A DNA stretch of 63,553 nt, the filler included, from Basidiobolus ranarum (Eukaryota): NCBI GenBank assembly GCA_040143965.1. It is 49 parts of 49 records of this genome, joined end to end, with 100 filler letters (N's around TTAATTAATTAA, not from the genome) between each part and the next. Parts side by side here need not be neighbours in the genome. Positions count along the whole stretch, not along the records: positions 62,362 to 63,553 come from JASJQH010012937.1; 48 more parts are not named here. One strand, 5' to 3'. The position numbers and the translations under genes are program-made. Positions 62,362-63,553 of the stretch are shown one piece after another. The notes beneath the pieces are model-generated. The model ran no database searches and was not told the origin of the DNA. It was given only the letters and a program-made list of their open reading frames with translations. Positions within the stretch are counted from its first letter, which is position 1. The number at the start of each line of letters is the position of its first letter.

Positions 62362-63553
62362 TGACAATAATAGCAGAGCTTCCTTAAATGTTTGTGTGGC
62401 GGCATGAGGAGGATATTGAAGAAAAAAGAACACCTCCTACATAAGGGTGGTATTTTAGATATAGCCCATCAATATCATCAGTTGATTATGAGATGGTGTC
62501 ACATATGGTCATCAGGCAATTTAAAAGATATTTCCAATAATGGATGGCAATTTTGGCTTATTATAAGCTGTTTCTAAGCAATTTCATTACACCAAGTTTA
62601 CCATCCACTATTTCAATGCCGTTCAAAAAGCATTCAAAATCTAAATCAGAATTGACTTCCAAGCCAAAACCTGCTGGCACAAAAGGAAAAATCCAGCAAG
62701 AACAGAGAACTGGATTGATGAGCAGTCTAGCAATCCACTATCCACTTTGGAAAGCATTAACATGCTGGAAACTAACTCAAGTAATGATGAAGCATTAATC
62801 AATTTACCAGATGTGTTCCTTTCCAGCAATAGTGCATGTAAAGAGATTGTAATCCCCCAATTATGTAGTAAATCAATAGTTGAGTAAAGTTCAACCAAAA
62901 CATTGTCAAGACCATCAACTTCCAAAATGGCTACTTTGCCCACTATTGAATGACCCTCCATAGAAAGTTTGGATAGAATTGTTACAACAAGGGAATTGCA
63001 GGCAAAACACCATAATGGTTTGTATGCAATCATAAGTTAAAACTACAAAGTTGCTATACAGGCCATGACAAGCAATAATGCCGCAATATTGCCATTAATG
63101 CAGCATTCAGAAGCAACTAGTCAACAGCTAGAGAGTCACTCAACAATGATACAAGATCTTCAGAATGCTGTACTTGAGCTACAGCAGCATGCTGCTCTCT
63201 CCATCCATTCTCATATGGGATATCAATCAATCCCACACCATACATATGAACATCACTATGACAATCTAGCAGAGCAGAATATGTGTTGGATCATTAAGCC
63301 TACACAACAACCCAAAATTGCTTGGGCACATGAAAGTAGAAATCTCATAGGAAAACTGGCAAACCAAAAGACTTGGAATGTCAGAGCTGCCATCACTTGC
63401 TCTGAGGATGAGTGGTTTAACATTTTAGAAACTATGTGGAAACTTGCCCAAAATCACCTGGATTTGAGCCTATTGTGCAAAAACCAAAAACCAGGCATTA
63501 CTCTGAAGGTTCTTGACTTATTTTCTGTGGCTTATCCTGGGTTTTCGCACACA
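62362..63553 (+). mobile_element. CMC element intergenic region and ORF2 (ATG 62616), decayed
   Basis: Homologous to 3916-5120 and 47100-48031. Confidence 0.78.

Overview
This window is not a contiguous locus. It is 49 unlinked contigs of about 1.2 kb, sorted by decreasing length (1205 to 1192 bp), joined by identical 100-bp artificial spacers (44 N + TTAATTAATTAA + 44 N). Neighbourhood across spacers therefore carries no biological meaning. The content is eukaryotic and very likely fungal (AA11-type LPMO, chromodomain Gypsy elements). Most contigs are decayed, CpG-depleted, heavily nested transposons: several Ty1/Copia families (two with a half-tRNA-iMet PBS, one with non-canonical TG...TA LTRs), Ty3/Gypsy fragments, and an abundant CACTA/CMC-type DNA transposon. 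That transposon can be reassembled from its pieces: CCCTAAC terminus, Tnp2-type transposase, and an unassigned second ORF placed head-to-head. Host-like, CpG-containing contigs carry an intact tRNA-Leu(CAG), the 5' part of a secreted AA11-like LPMO, a complete 166-aa secreted protein with plant Kunitz(STI)-like motifs, the 3' part of a Ser-rich mucin-like protein, and the last codons of an acidic ribosomal P protein. I see no evidence for a novel multi-gene system. The best leads are the two-gene CMC element, the Kunitz-like protein and the Copia terminal/priming features. Family labels A-F are my own working names.
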